Positions 10,690 to 23,760 of a stretch of DNA of 64,000 nt are shown here, one piece after another. Made by a program: the position numbers and the translations under genes. Origin of the DNA: Octopus sinensis (Eukaryota). Where the stretch lies: the NCBI RefSeq assembly GCF_006345805.1, contig NC_043007.1:50034001-50098000 (forward strand), written 5' to 3'. The notes below the pieces were generated by a model. It did no database searches and was not told the origin of the DNA. It worked only from the letters and a program-made list of their open reading frames with translations. The first letter of the stretch is position 1. Each line of letters opens with the position of its first letter.

Positions 10690-11466
10690 TTTGTGTGTGT
10701 GCGCGCGTTTAGACAAAACACACATGTATGAAGTATATGCTTGTGTATGTATATATGCTCATACACAATCACACACACATGCACACACACAAGCACTAAC
10801 ACACACACATACACTCATGTACACTAGTACGCGCGCGCGCGCAAGCACGTGAATCACTGGAAAGCACGTAGATTATAGAGACGCCCGATGTCGGGCAGGC
10901 CGACAGGTGGACCGGCATGGATGCAGACAACGTAACTAAAGGCCCGATTGCTCCTGCATCCATTTCATGTAACCAGACACCTTCTAAAGGAAATTAAAGA
11001 CTAAAAGAAACAGTGAAGTCAAAGATTAGCCCGCATCTATAACTCCCACAATTCACTTCGTTAAATGTTTTCTATTCTTCTTCTTGTATGGCAGAAATTA
11101 CTTTAACTTTTCCTGATTTCAGCAGCTTTTATTTATTTATTTATTTTGGAGGTGAGGAAGAAAAGGGTTTATGCTGTTTTTTGTTTTCCATTTCCCTTTT
11201 CTTTTCCTTTGTTTGTTTGCTAGGTTCTTTCTTTCTTTCTTCCTTCTTTCCTTCCTTCCTTCCTGTCTTTCTTTCTTTCTTTCTTCTTTCTTTGTTTCTT
11301 TGTTTCTTTCTTTGTTTCCCTCTTTCCATCGTATTTTCTTCAAGGAAGAAAAAGAAATATTTTCGCCTATATCTAACTACAGCAGTAAAATTACGTAGGT
11401 TTTGCATAGCTGCCTATGTTTCAGAACACGTGACTGAACACATTATCTATAAATCTATATACATAC

Positions 11467-11507
<41 letters not shown>

Positions 11508-11521
11508 CAAACACACACATA

Positions 11522-11661
11522 CAGTAATTCCTCACTTTACGAGTACCCGGTTTATGAGTACCGGCTTTACGAGCTTTTGCGAGTTTTATTTCCCGTTTAC
11601 GAGTTTTTGCTTTACGAGCGTTCTCCAGGAATGAATTAACTCGTATATTAAGGCATTACTG
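11522..11661. mobile_element. Tc1/mariner-superfamily (Tigger/pogo-like) MITE, 140 bp
   Basis: TIRs CAGTAATTCCTCACTTTACGAG / CTCGTATATTAAGGCATTACTG with TA on both sides. A partial copy starts near 13331. Confidence 0.7.
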
Positions 11662-11731
11662 TACTTATATACATGCATACGCAAACGCGCACACACAATA
11701 CACACACACATACACACACTTATATATCTAC

Positions 11732-11805
11732 CGACGTGTACACTAGTGTAAATGGTTAGCTCACTTGTCGTAAAAGATGTGGGTTCGAATCCCACGCGTA
11801 CGAGA
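11732..11805 (+). pseudogene. Degenerate tRNA-like sequence or SINE head
   Basis: Perfect B box GGTTCGAATCCC and A-box-like TAGTGTAAATGG, but no complete cloverleaf. Confidence 0.35.
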
Positions 11806-11990
11806 AAACTTACATTTTTCCATCGAGGGTTTATATGTCCCATTATTACACTATTTTCTTTAGTCATTGTAAACTTTAAGCTTATAAAATACTATTATTA
11901 TTATTTACAGAATTGTAAAAATTGACGCTGCTGATGAAAAAAACCCAGTGATATATATATATATATACATACACACATATATATATATAT

Positions 11991-12043
<53 letters not shown>

Positions 12044-13128
12044 CTAGCAGGCGTACCCGGCGTTGCTCGGGTATTAAATATTCGACAATGGTCTTAAGAA
12101 GTTCTGCCATTTTTTCGTTGTACATCTCTTTGAATATTTTTTGCGTTAAGATGCAAACATTGAGATTGAAGAAAAAGTGATTTTTCTCATAGAGCATTAA
12201 TAAAGTTGTAACAACAGGGTGAAAAGCCTTGGAGAAGCCACAAGAGCATCGCTGGGGGTGCAACAATTGAATGTAAAGTGACCCTGAAAAGGGCCGTGTT
12301 ATCGGTCTCACAATAGCCCTGAAAAGAATTGTTAACCGTTCACAGGTATAAATGTCCTTTTTCGTTGACATAAAAAGCAGTTAGTGCAGTGATGCCAAAA
12401 CGCAAGCCATCTGCAAGGAGATTGAGAAGCTGTAGTGGACAAAATATAAAAAGAAAGACTTATAAAAACAGTTAATTTTGAAAGAATGGCAACAATAGTA
12501 CTCACTCACCATAAGCCGGTTCGGCAGGAAAGTTGCGGCATGTTGAACGGCTTACAGCACTTCACGGTAGACGACACTTTCTGTTTTGGCTTTCGGGACG
12601 AACACGAAAATGTTTTTTTTGTGGCATTGATTATCTGATTGAGTAATAGGTATCCTGGGTATAAAGACGTCTCCGATGCCGCAACCCGTAAGAATTGTTG
12701 CTTCAATAACATGAGGCAGCACATTTTTTACCACTAACCACGTTCAATTGCACAGACGTGGTGGCTCCAGGTTCTTCAGCAGCATGACCGGAGCTCGAAT
12801 TTTGAGGTGCAGTTGATGAGGCGGTAGTCCGGAGGGGTCCAAGGAATTGAGGAATTCTGTGGGAAAATTAACGGTCTTTACTTGGTCCACAACAGTGTCC
12901 ACAGACTTATAGGTGTGAAGGTTTCTAGGAAGGCTTCGCAGTAGGTCTTCATTGAGTTTCACAACAAATGTGTTTTTGGGAGCTAATATGGCTCTTTCGC
13001 ACAGCTAATTCAGGCTTTGGTAGTTCATGTGCAGATCGGGAAAAACAGCGGTCGTAAGGTCGGCCACAGTTTTTCGCAATTGATAGTAATACGCGGATGA
13101 ATTCTGAGCAAATCGGAGTCTCCTAACG
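12044..13128 (-). mobile_element. Helitron 3' remnant with PIF1-like helicase C-terminus
   Basis: [14 protein letters not shown]...[46 protein letters not shown]...IEATILTG...VFIPRIP. Terminal hairpin CCCGAGCAACGCCGGG followed by CTAG at 12047-12044. Confidence 0.92.
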
Positions 13129-13221
13129 TTACACACACACACATATGCACGTACGCACGCACACACATACACCCCCCTGGGTGTGTGATATATACATATA
13201 TGTATATGTATATATGTATAT

Positions 13222-13299
<78 letters not shown>

Positions 13300-13371
13300 A
13301 ATATATATACATACAAACACACATACACCTAAGTAATACCTCACTTTATGAGAACCGGGTCTACGAGCTTT

Positions 13372-13945
13372 GACAACTTCCAGAAATACTTCGTCTGTTA
13401 ATGCTATCAGAGGGAAGCAATAGCTGGTTAAGGACGTCAACAGGGGGGGGGGCGAAACTGTTCTCTACGTAGACGGTCAGTCCCGGAACATTATGGACAA
13501 AACTTCCCATGGAAGATTTTATATTGGACAGAACTGAAAGGATTGAAGACAGTTATCATCCACTTCAGCCAAGATCACGCAAACTTTTTCAGCTTTCAGT
13601 GGACCTTCCTGTTTAAGTGAGGTTCTCTCCTCGAATAAATTTGTCGATAGCTGGTTGCAAGGGTACACACTAAATACCCTTCACTCTATAGGTACCTGTA
13701 AACCGGGAAATAAAGTTAACAGTGGGGACATACTCTTGGTAGAGTAATTACGCATTTGTGGGGTGATGTTTGATCACCTCTAGATAGCTGTCCCTTATTG
13801 TAATATCTTATTTCCTATTTTTTCCATGCCTTTGTTTTTCATAAGCGCTTCTGTGTAATCTCCTCCTCATTCCACTCTTTTATATAACGTATCCACGTAG
13901 TTTTCCCTCATCCATCGGCTTTGAGACAAAGAGATTATTAATATT
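13372..13945 (+). mobile_element. Tx1/L1-like LINE 3' fragment
   Basis: Translation WKILYWTELKGLKT...FFSFQ resembles EAIWWTRLKG...FFKFH of the 59971-63097 element. Similar 3' UTR ends at an ATT-rich tract. Confidence 0.5.
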
Positions 13946-14681
13946 ATTATTATTTTGATTCATCGCGTGATAGAATGTTATAACGAAAGCGATTGTATTC
14001 ATCATAACCACTTTGATAGTTGTTGTTGCACTTATTGTTCTTATTATTAGCAAGAACCTTTTGTCGTCTTCGTTGTTGTTACTGTTGTTATAACAAATGT
14101 TGACGACATTATCATTACCACTGTGCCATGGACTTGAAGAAAACAATGCCTATTTTGTTTCATCTTTAGCACTTCCTCCTCTAATGGTTACCCATCAGAG
14201 TAGATGGAGGTGGTTTTAAGAAACACCACTACCAAAACGGATGGCATTCAGCCTGAGCAACGCTTAACATTTCTAATGGTGAGATTTCCAAACTGAAATT
14301 TAATAGTTCCTGTTTATATCGGCTTTGTTCAAGGAACCAAGTTAGCACAGTTTTTATGTGGTTTTCATTTTTTGCCTGTTTGTTTTTTGGTTTTCTTTGC
14401 TTCTCTTAAATTTTTATTCAACATCAGTTTGAAATTAAATATAAATATGTTTATATCATAGTTGTCAAAGTGCACGTCGTGACCCTCCTCCTCCTTCTCT
14501 CCCTCCCCCTTCTTGTCATTATCACTTGTATTTCCTCCACTGACACTACTACAAACATCTACTTTACAGCCAATAAAAAATAATCTGTGCGGTCATGTGA
14601 TCTGCAAGAAATATCAGCCAAGTTAATTTTAAATCACCACCATCGTAATAACAGTAGCAACAACAACAATGATAATCCATT

Positions 14682-15178
14682 CTACTAAATGCACAAGGCC
14701 TGAAACTTTGGGGGAGGGGTAGTCGATTATATCGACTCCAATGCATAACTGGTACTTATTCCACTGACCCCGAAAGGATAAAATGCAAATCGACCTCGGC
14801 GAAATTTGAACTCAGAGCGTAAAGACGGTCGAAATACCTATTTGTTTACTACCCACAAGGGGCTAAATACAGAGAGTACAAACAAGGACAGACAAACGGA
14901 TTAAGTCAATTATATCGACCTCAGTGCGTAACTGGTACTTATTTAATCGACCCCGAAAGGCAAAGTCGACCTCGGAGGAATTTTAACTCAGAACGTAAAG
15001 ACAGACGAAATATCTATTTCTTTACTACCCACAAGGGGCTAAATACAGAGAGGACAAACAAGGACAGACAAACGGTTTAAGTCGATTATATCGACCCTAG
15101 TGCGTAAATGGTACTTAACGGCAGACGAAATACCGCTAAGCATTTTGCGTGCTAAGGATTCTGCCAGCTCGCCGCCTT
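14682..15178 (-). mobile_element. tRNA-derived SINE family A, internal tandem array (about 3 units)
   Basis: Head GGCGGCGAGCTGGCAGAATC at the 15178 end. ~180-bp block GAAATA..TATTT.TTTACTACCCACAAGGGGCTAAATACAGAGAG..CAAACAAGGACAGACAAACGG repeated. Confidence 0.85.
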
Positions 15179-15204
15179 AACAATGATAACAATAATAGCA
15201 AATA

Positions 15205-16301
15205 TTATTATTGTTGATGTTCCCCTTTCCCTTTCTTCTTCTGAGTTATCGATGTCGCGTCTCAGCTCCATCCCGCAGCTTGGAGAGATACAACACTTTT
15301 CTAAACACTTGCCGTTTCAAGTATTACTGCCAACTGTGTACTTCCTATGAAATTTAATATTTGCAGCTTTTCATGCCAAAATATTGCTTTCTTTGATATG
15401 GTCTCAAGTGTTCCGGTCACAATAGGTATTTCGCTCGGTTTTGAGGCTCTATGGATACCTTTCACTTCCAGTGCTAGGTCTTGGTACTTTTCGACTTCTC
15501 TGTCTTCACAATATTCTGGTCTGCAGGTTTTGCTACGTTGATAAAGATTCATTCTTTGAACACTTTCCGTAGGGGAGTGATATCTAGTCAGTTATGTTAA
15601 AGCTCTCTGTGTAGATTGACATATCCCATGTGAGTTTCACCTGATCATTGACTGCTACTAGCGAAGGTTTGTTGGAACATTCTAGCCCATACTCAACATT
15701 CTTTACCGCCAGCAACATTCTTCCATCTCTATTTCTTAATATTATCCTCTATTACAACCAACCCTATTCCACTTTCCTTTTAAGGTAAGAAAAGCCTCAT
15801 TAAGTTACATCTAGTACGAAGGAATCTAGCTCGAACCATTGTTCTAGCTTTACTATCCATGTTGACCTGTGCTTCTTTTGTCCATTCCACAACTTCTACG
15901 AAGCAGCGTACTACACCTACAGCTCAAACGTTGATGCTTCTAATCAGATTTCCTTCATTCAGCTTGGGTTTACGTAGCTTTTTACTTTTTTGGTATATTC
16001 AGAAGAAATAATTCCTTTTATCTGGAAGTTGTACTCCCCTGCTGTCTATTTAATGTCCTCTCCTCATTTCTAGAACAGTGAGTTTATTTACATCAAATAC
16101 CATCTGGATCTCATGTGAGAGAATTTGATACGGCCTGAATAGAGGAATTCAGTTGACCTCTGCTAGTTCCGTAAAACATGAAATCGTCCATGAACAGCGG
16201 GTGGCTAATTGGTCTTATGTTCTTCTGTAGTATGTAAGCAGTTCCTATATTCAAAACCGTAGAGATCGTTAAAATATTAACAATAAAAAGCAGGGGTCAC
16301 A
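15205..16301 (-). mobile_element. Dong/R4-like (RLE) LINE remnant, 3' part
   Basis: EKYQDLALEVKGIH...IPIVTGTLETISK (RLE C-terminus), LFMDDFMF near 16180-16200, and PLLFI at the junction. Confidence 0.75.
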
Positions 16302-17377
16302 GGGTCGAGTGTAGGACAAAATCCCCATAAGACAAAAGCCCTGCGGACAAAAGCCACTCGAACAAAATCCCCACGGTTATATTTTTCGGTTTTTTTTTTC
16401 ATCTTTTACTTGTTTCAGTCATTAGACTGTGGCCATGCTAGGGCAACACCTTGAACAATTTTTAGTTGAACGTATCGACCCCAGAATTGTTTTTTACTTC
16501 TACTTGTTGCAGTTATTAGACTGCGGTCATGCTGGGGCACCACCTTGAAGAATTTTTAGTCGAATTTTTTTCATTTTTACCCGTTGCTACCGTAATTTGA
16601 CTGCACCACCTTGAAGAATTCTTAGTAGAATGTATCGTCGCGAGAATTTTTTAAATTTTTGCTTGTTGCAGTTATTAGACTGCGGCCATGCTGGGGCACC
16701 GCCTTGAAGAATTTTTAGTTGCAGAAAAATCAGCATTTTGAAATTTAAATTTAATGTCTTTTGTTTTCTTCTCTCAGCACTTACAGATTAATGAAAATGA
16801 GCTTTCGCCGGCCGTTGAAGGTCTAACAGAATTATGGCACTTCTTATCGTTTTTATGTTTCTACACATTTCTTGAAGTTGATGCTTTACCTTTTGTTAGA
16901 ATTCAGACAATATGTACATTCAGTAGTAAAGAGAATTGAGTTCTGTTATTCTGTTCTACTTATTTATTTTCAATTGAATATATTTTGTTTACTTAAAAAT
17001 TGGAATTTTGGAAAATAAAAGTTTTTTTTTATATATAACTGCGATTTCTGTTGTTGTTTACGTGAAATTATGAAAAGAAATCTTTTTAAAGATTTGGTTA
17101 TTTCTAGCATCTGGAGAAACCGTCTAGGCTTAACTTCATGTACTGGTTGAAAATCACCTAAAAGGGATTCTGGGGTCGATACATTCGACTAAAAATTCCT
17201 AGAAAGTTGTGTTCCAACATGGCCACAGTCTAATGACTGCAACAAGTCAAAAGGAAAAAAAAACGGAAGAAATAACCGAAAAATATAACCGGAGGGCTTT
17301 TGTCCACTTTCACACTTGAACTATGAGGCTTTTTTTCCGATGGGCTTTTGTCCAATGGGAGCTTAGGTCCGGATCCC
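16302..17377. mobile_element. Non-autonomous DNA element with ~200-bp TIRs (GGG...CCC ends, GGACAAAAGCCC sub-repeats, SINE-B tail inside the TIRs)
   Basis: 16302-~16485 is the imperfect reverse complement of ~17165-17377. It interrupts the RT motif of the flanking LINE. Confidence 0.7.
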
Positions 17378-18170
17378 GACAATCTCCTTGCATGATTCCT
17401 CTTTTGATAGCGACTTGTCCAATTTCCCTTCCTTTTACTATAACAATATTTCCAATTCTCCATATTGTCTATTTTTAGCTGCTCCGGCCATCTCCAGGCA
17501 TTTTAGAATCTACTAGTGAAGAACCATATGTGCTTCCTTACAGTCAATCCAAGCCAATGATAAGCTTGTCAGCCTTCGACAATTCTTCAAATTGCTTTAT
17601 CTTTCAGCAACTGATCCTTTGTTCCTGTGATCTCTTCCTTTCTATTCATCTGCTCACAGTTCATTTCTTTCCAAAAGGTCGTACAAGTTTTTTGCCATTA
17701 TTCCTATTAGAAGCTTCCGCAAACAAGCAATCGGACTATAGTTACTGGCCATGACCCTCTTGGTCTGGTCCTTCTGAATCAACACAGTTTTTCTTTTGAC
17801 CATCCATTCTGGTACAATTCCTTAGTGTACACAGCCTTGCAGGAGCTTTTGGAGTTTAGGATGTAAATTCATCAGTCTTGAACCAAAGACCTTGAACTAG
17901 GTCCGAGCCAGCTACCTTCCAATTTCTCATCTTACTAACTCCTGCTTGTATATTTTTCAACGTGGTAGTAATGTTCTCTTGAATCTCTATGTCAAACAAT
18001 TCTGCTTCCACTTCATGAAACGAGGGTGCCCTGTTGTGTTTAACATTCTCTAACCAAATCTTGCTCTAAAGCGATTTGCTTATGTGGGATCAGGTAACAC
18101 TGCATCTTCCATGTTTCCTCCATCCAGTGTCGCGTAGAATAGTATCTGATTTGTTCCGAACAGTATGTAT
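17378..18170 (-). mobile_element. Dong/R4-like LINE remnant, upstream part (continues 15205-16301)
   Basis: KRGIMQGDC directly at the junction; joined with the left piece it reads QGDCL*PLLF. Confidence 0.7.
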
Positions 18171-18248
18171 GTCTGTGTGTGTGTGTGTGTGTGTATGTCT
18201 ATATATGTCTATAGGGTGTTATTCAGTCACCCAATTATGAGTCCATTT

Positions 18249-18468
18249 AAGGGAGTGAGCTGGCAGAAACTTTAGCCCACCGGGCGAAATGTTTAGCGGT
18301 ATTTCGTCTGTCTTTATGTTTTGAGTTCAAATTCCGCCGAGGTCGACTTTGCCTTTCATCCTTTCGGGGTCGATTAATTAAATACCACTTGCGTACTGGG
18401 TTCGATCTAATCGACCGGCCCCCTACCCCAAATAATTCGGGCCTTGTTCCTAGAGTAGAAGAATTATG
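18249..18468 (+). mobile_element. SINE family A
   Basis: GAGCTGGCAGAAAC...GAGTTCAAATTCCGCCGAGGTCGACTTTGCCTTTCATCCTTTCGGGGTCGAT. Confidence 0.9.
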
Positions 18469-18554
18469 AGTCCATTGCATGTTATATCAGAAACAGCTGT
18501 AAGCTAATGAAGTTCATAACATAAGCGCTTTTTTCTTTGTCATTTTATTTTTCA

Positions 18555-18631
<77 letters not shown>

Positions 18632-19180
18632 CAAGTATACACATTGTACATACATACATACATATATATATATGTGTATGTGTGTGTGTGTATATATCTA
18701 TGTATGTATATATGATTGTACGTATGCCCGTAATTGTGTATAATACACACACACTCGCACACACACGCACCACACACACACACATATACACACATGCACA
18801 CTCACATACGTATATTTACATGTCACATATTCGAATAGTCTAGTTCGAATGAAACATAGTAGTAGCTTTTAAAAAAGCAATACAAAGCAAGTTGTACATA
18901 AAGGTATCAAAGCAGAAAGTATAACAACACAAAGGCTTATACTCTTATTTCGTAGTAAAATATTCGAGAAAGTGACAAATGCTCGCAAGATAGCAGCTTT
19001 TACTCAGATAAGGCACCAGCTAGTAACTATTTCTTATTTGCCCTTATTAAATGGGTTTATTCCCCAAAATATCTAAGTACAATAATGTGAACTATTGGTT
19101 TTTGTCCCTCTTTCATTTCTTTCTTGTATTCTACTGGTTTTCTAAACAATTTTAGCGTGCACGCACACACACATGCACCC

Positions 19181-19251
<71 letters not shown>

Positions 19252-19554
19252 ACTTATACACAATCACTTGCATATGGACATACTTATATACATACCTGTA
19301 AATCCATATATGGATGAATGTATATATGTCCACATACACATATACAGACACGCACACTCACACACAGTCGCAAGGATACACACATAATGTACTCATATAT
19401 TTACATAACCGAATAGAAATAGATTAAGAGACACTTTTCAACAAAGTAATATGAAAACAGACAAATAGGTAGGTCGGTGGGTGAGTAATGAAAGAGATAG
19501 GTAAATAGATAGATGGTTTGATGGATAGACTGAGTGCTAGCTAGCTAGATAGAT

Positions 19555-19620
19555 AGAGACAAACAGGCAGACAAACAGACAGACAGACAGACATACAGAC
19601 AGACAGACAGACAGACAGAC

Positions 19621-19667
<47 letters not shown>

Positions 19668-19683
19668 CAGATAGATAGATAGG

Positions 19684-19756
<73 letters not shown>

Positions 19757-19775
19757 GGATGGATGGATGGATAGT
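19555..19775. repeat. Compound (GACA)n/(GATA)n/(GATG)n microsatellite
   Basis: Direct reading. Confidence 0.95.
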
Positions 19776-20755
19776 TGTGAGACAGCGTTATATTAGATTA
19801 GATAAACGGATAGGTTTTTCACGATTTCAATTATCCAAGTCATGTCAACATCCATCTAGTTCTCTTCGCGTCCTTATCATGCATAAAGGTGGCGAGTGTT
19901 GTCAGCTTTTAACACCATATCATCTCTCTATTATAGAGCCATTAGCAAAACCTTTCATTTACTCCTTCTTCTGACGACGTCGCTTGTTTGTTTGTTTGTT
20001 CGTTTTGTAGTAGTAATGGCAGCAGCAGAAGCAGTAGCAGTAGTAGTAGTAGTATTAGTAGAAGAGGTAGTAGTAGTAGTTATTGTTGTTGTTGTAGTAG
20101 TAGTTGTTGTAGTAGTAGTTGTTGTAGTAGTAGTAGTAGTAGTAGTAGTTGGTGGTGGCGGTGGTGGGGTGGTGGTAGTCGGTGATATCTTATTTATGTC
20201 CTTGCCAGGTCGTATCGGCACGATAACCACGTATCAATCATGTTGGATGATTGTCTAATGTCAGCTTGCTCATGTCATGGGATAGGTGCAATAAATGTCG
20301 ACTGCCTGCATGACTGGATGTCCGGCAAAGTAGTTGGGTGGCTATGTAGTTGGGTGGTGGGAGTGGCTAAGTGATGATAGCGTAGAAGGTTATTGAAATG
20401 TCTGCAATATGTTCCAGCGGCATCCTTCAAGAATCATTGCAGACATCGATCCAAAGGTTGACAAATATCACCAACATTATTGTTCTCATTGCTCAGGGAT
20501 GTGAATGGGTAGAATCAGTTGAGCGTCGACAAAATTACCTTCTGGTATTTACTTCTGGCTTATTTTCACCCTGAGTTCAAATACGTTTAGTGCAACTTTA
20601 CCTTTCATCCTTCCGATTTCGATAAAATAAATCACCATCAATTTTGCTGCCCTTATGCATAAAAAGTTTTTGTTGTTGCTGCTATTATTATTATTATTAC
20701 TATTATTGTTGTGTTGTTGTTGTTGCTGCTGCTTTTATTATTATTATTATTATTA

Positions 20756-20820
<65 letters not shown>

Positions 20821-20822
<2 letters not shown>

Positions 20823-21745
20823 TAGTTTTATTTTTATAGCGTGCTTTCACTTCACTACCGAGCGCAGCTCTGTATGCCTTGGGTATGGGCTGTGATTTGT
20901 TGTGATGCTCTGATGGTTATTGTATGGAAAGTGTTCTGCGTAGGATGTGTGCAGTGCCAGTAGTGCAATTTTCTGTATGTTATATGTGTTTGTAAGTCCT
21001 GGTGTTTTGTTATGTATTTGTCTGAATATTTTTTTATCATGCCTAATGCACCTACTATGATAGGAATTGTTTCTGTTTTCAGATTCCACATTCTAGTTAC
21101 CTCTATTTCCAGGTCTTTGTATCTTGAGAGTTTCTCCATTTCTTTTAGAGACACATTGTCATCTGCCGGTATTCATACATCAATTTGAAAGCATTTTTTT
21201 CTTCATGATCTCTGACAACTAAATCTGGTCTGTTGGCCTTAATTTCTCTATCCGTGTGTATTGGCATATCCCAGAGTATGGTTGCTTTCTCGTTTTCTGT
21301 GACCTTTTCTGGTGTGTGCCTATACCATCTTTCTTCTGTTGTTATTCCATAATGTTGGCATAGTTTCCAGTGTATATAGGTCCCAACTCTGTCGTGTCTG
21401 TGAATATATTCCTTCTTAGCCAGGACTGGGCAGCTAGAAATAATATGATTTGTTGTTTCTTGTCCATCTCCACATATTCTGCAGTTACTTGTTATATTTC
21501 TTTTCATTACATGTTTTTGGTAATTTCTGGTGGGGAGGCTTTGGTCTTGTGCTGCAATTAAAAATCCCTCTGTCTCTGCTTTGAGTCCTGAGCTTCTCAA
21601 CCATTGCTGGGATTTTTCTTTGTCTATTTCTTTTGCGTTTAGTTTAGTCCAGTATTTACCATGAAGGGGCTTTTCTTGCCATCGTTTTATCATGGTTCGT
21701 TGCTGTTCTATTTTTAGTTTGGATTTCATTTGTTTTATAGATTCT
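20821..21745 (-). mobile_element. Dong/R4-like LINE, young 5'-truncated copy next to (TAA)n
   Basis: ORF 21145-21729: LKAETEGFLIAAQDQSL, CRICGDGQETTNHIISSC, RHDRVGTYIHW, RPDLVV (CCHC + RLE). The 3' end abuts (ATT)n. Near-identical to 57238-57810. Confidence 0.93.
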
Positions 21746-21749
21746 GTTG

Positions 21750-21928
21750 TTTCTTCTTCTTCTTCTTCTTCTTCTTCTTCTTCTTCTTCTTCTTCTTCTT
21801 CTTCTTCTTCTTCTTCTTCTTCTTCTTCTTCTTCTTCTTCTTCTTTTCTTCTTCTTCTTCTTCTTCTTCTTCTTCTTCTTCATATATATTAGGTGGTATG
21901 ATTTCTTCTTCTTCTTCTTCTTCTTCTT

Positions 21929-21959
<31 letters not shown>

Positions 21960-21960
21960 T
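21750..21960. repeat. (TTC)n microsatellite
   Basis: Direct reading. Confidence 0.95.
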
Positions 21961-22044
21961 TATTATTATCATTATCATTATCACTATCATCATCATCATC
22001 ATCATCATCATCCTCATCACTATTATTATCATTATTATTATTAT

Positions 22045-22262
22045 GACGGTAGCAAGCTGGCAGACTTGTTAGCACGCCGGACGAAATACTGCCAAGTACT
22101 TCGTCTGTCTTTCAGATATGAGTTCAAACTCCGCCGGTGTTGACCGAGCCTTCATTCTTTCGGGGTCGATAAAATAAGTAGCAGTTAAACACTTGGGTCG
22201 ATGTAATCGACTTACTCTCTCTCTCGAAATTGCTAGCCGTGTGCCAAAATTTGAAACCATTA
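22045..22262 (+). mobile_element. SINE family A
   Basis: AGCTGGCAGAC...GAGTTCAAACTCCGCC...CTTCATTCTTTCGGGGTCGATAAAATAAGTA. Confidence 0.85.
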
Positions 22263-22431
22263 CTATTATTAATTGTTATATATATTTTTAAAAAAATTGT
22301 TAGTCTTGTTTACATGCAAAACCCTCACAACACATACTTATACACATACACACATACGCAAACACGTTCTTTGCTTTGTCCTGTACTGTCCATAATGATT
22401 TTCTTGATATAAACCCTTGTGGTTTATAAAG

Positions 22432-22468
<37 letters not shown>

Positions 22469-22479
22469 TATTATTATTA

Positions 22480-22536
<57 letters not shown>

Positions 22537-22555
22537 ATAGACTATTAGAGTATAA

Positions 22556-23510
22556 GTGATGGGTAAGAGCAATAACTTCCACGGAGAAATTTTGTCAACT
22601 GTCTGATCTCTTCTAGAGGACTTTCAGTTTTCAACCAATGGGTAATATCAGAAAACTCTAGTCTGGCAGTGCTACCAAGGTGGGGGCATTGCCGGTTGGG
22701 AATAAACTCAGCAAGCATAGTATTGCTGTCAGCAGCACCTGTCCAAAATGCGAACAGAAGGGATGAAACTGTCCTGCAAGCCGTCGTACATTGATCGGGT
22801 ATTTCTGACTTGTGGAGATATGTGGAACAACTGCTATCAAGTGTAGGACGGATCCGCCTATCGTCCACTCCATCGCTAAATTTTGCTCTTTCTGGTGGCT
22901 GGCAATAGTGAAGAAGGTCGTGGACGAGACTAAAAGTACTAACGACAAACACCTTCCTCTTCGGTCAAGCACTCATCAGCTTTTATAAAATTCCATTTCA
23001 AAATGGAGATGACGCAGGCCTCTACGACTAGATGCAGTAGCCATTAATGAAATTAGGATTTCTGCAACAAAATTGATTACTCTCCTGGCCGACCACAAGC
23101 TTTTTAAACTCTTTCAGTTGGCCTCGCTCAAGTTGCGTGACGATGCTCTTATAGAAAGGCCTCGACATAAAGGTGAGTATGGTTTCCCTAAACCAGGGCG
23201 GCACGTTAGTGGTCTTGAATGTGAGCAGGAAGGAAGTCGTCAGTGGAGCCTTCAAATTAGTGGCTATATTTGTTCCGACAGGGGCCAGCCGGCCGGATTT
23301 CTTTGGATGGCAAGAGAGGCTTACCTGAGAAGATCTAGCTCATTAGTTCTATTGGGTGAATATCGGGGAATAGCTGAAAGGGAAGTGGAGTGCAAAAGCC
23401 TTGCAATTTTTCTCAGACACTATCAACTCTCTGACAGTCTTAGCCTCAATTTCCTAAATACACCAACGTAGAGTTGTTGAAATCTCAATGGGTCACTCAG
23501 GTCAAATGTA
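22556..23510 (+). mobile_element. Tx1/L1-like LINE fragments: C-terminal zinc-finger region (22560-23015) followed by AP-endonuclease region (23020-23510)
   Basis: LVWQCYQG/GALPVGNKL...TCPKC...ETVLQAVVH.SGISDLWRYVEQLL, then LDAVAINEIRI...KSLAIFLRHYQLSD, matching KSLENLLRTYQLSD at ~62000. Confidence 0.75.
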
Positions 23511-23549
23511 GATAGGGCTTTTATGAGATTAATAAAGTGGCACAGTTGA

Positions 23550-23760
23550 GTTGTTCATATTTTCAGATCGTTGGCTACTCAGACCACAAATTTGCGACCT
23601 TTTCAGTCAACCTAGAAAAGGCGAAATGCCAACGACCCGGTTACTGAAAGACGAATGGAAATTTTTCAGGGATCTGATAAGTTTACAAGTTAAGTGGCAA
23701 TGAACAGAAGCTGTCATCACCAATAGGTTGTAGGTTTCAATAAAAAGGAAAATCAGAGAA
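23550..23760 (+). mobile_element. Highly degenerate mariner transposase C-terminal fragment
   Basis: Traces of YSPDLA-SDY-LF and RGI-KL--KWQ across frameshifts. Confidence 0.35.

Noticed and set aside
14170-14277. Good-looking plus-strand acceptor and donor pair
   Set aside because: Stop codons in all three frames. Could only be a non-coding exon, and there is no evidence for that.
18940-19015. CTGAGTA...GAAA on the minus strand with CTTAT/ATAAG pairing
   Set aside because: G8 is missing and the cleavage triplet is not NUH.
20398-20447. Hairpin ATGTCTGCAAT/ATTGCAGACAT, pre-miRNA-like
   Set aside because: Only an 11-bp perfect stem with poor flanking pairing; no miRNA I recognise.
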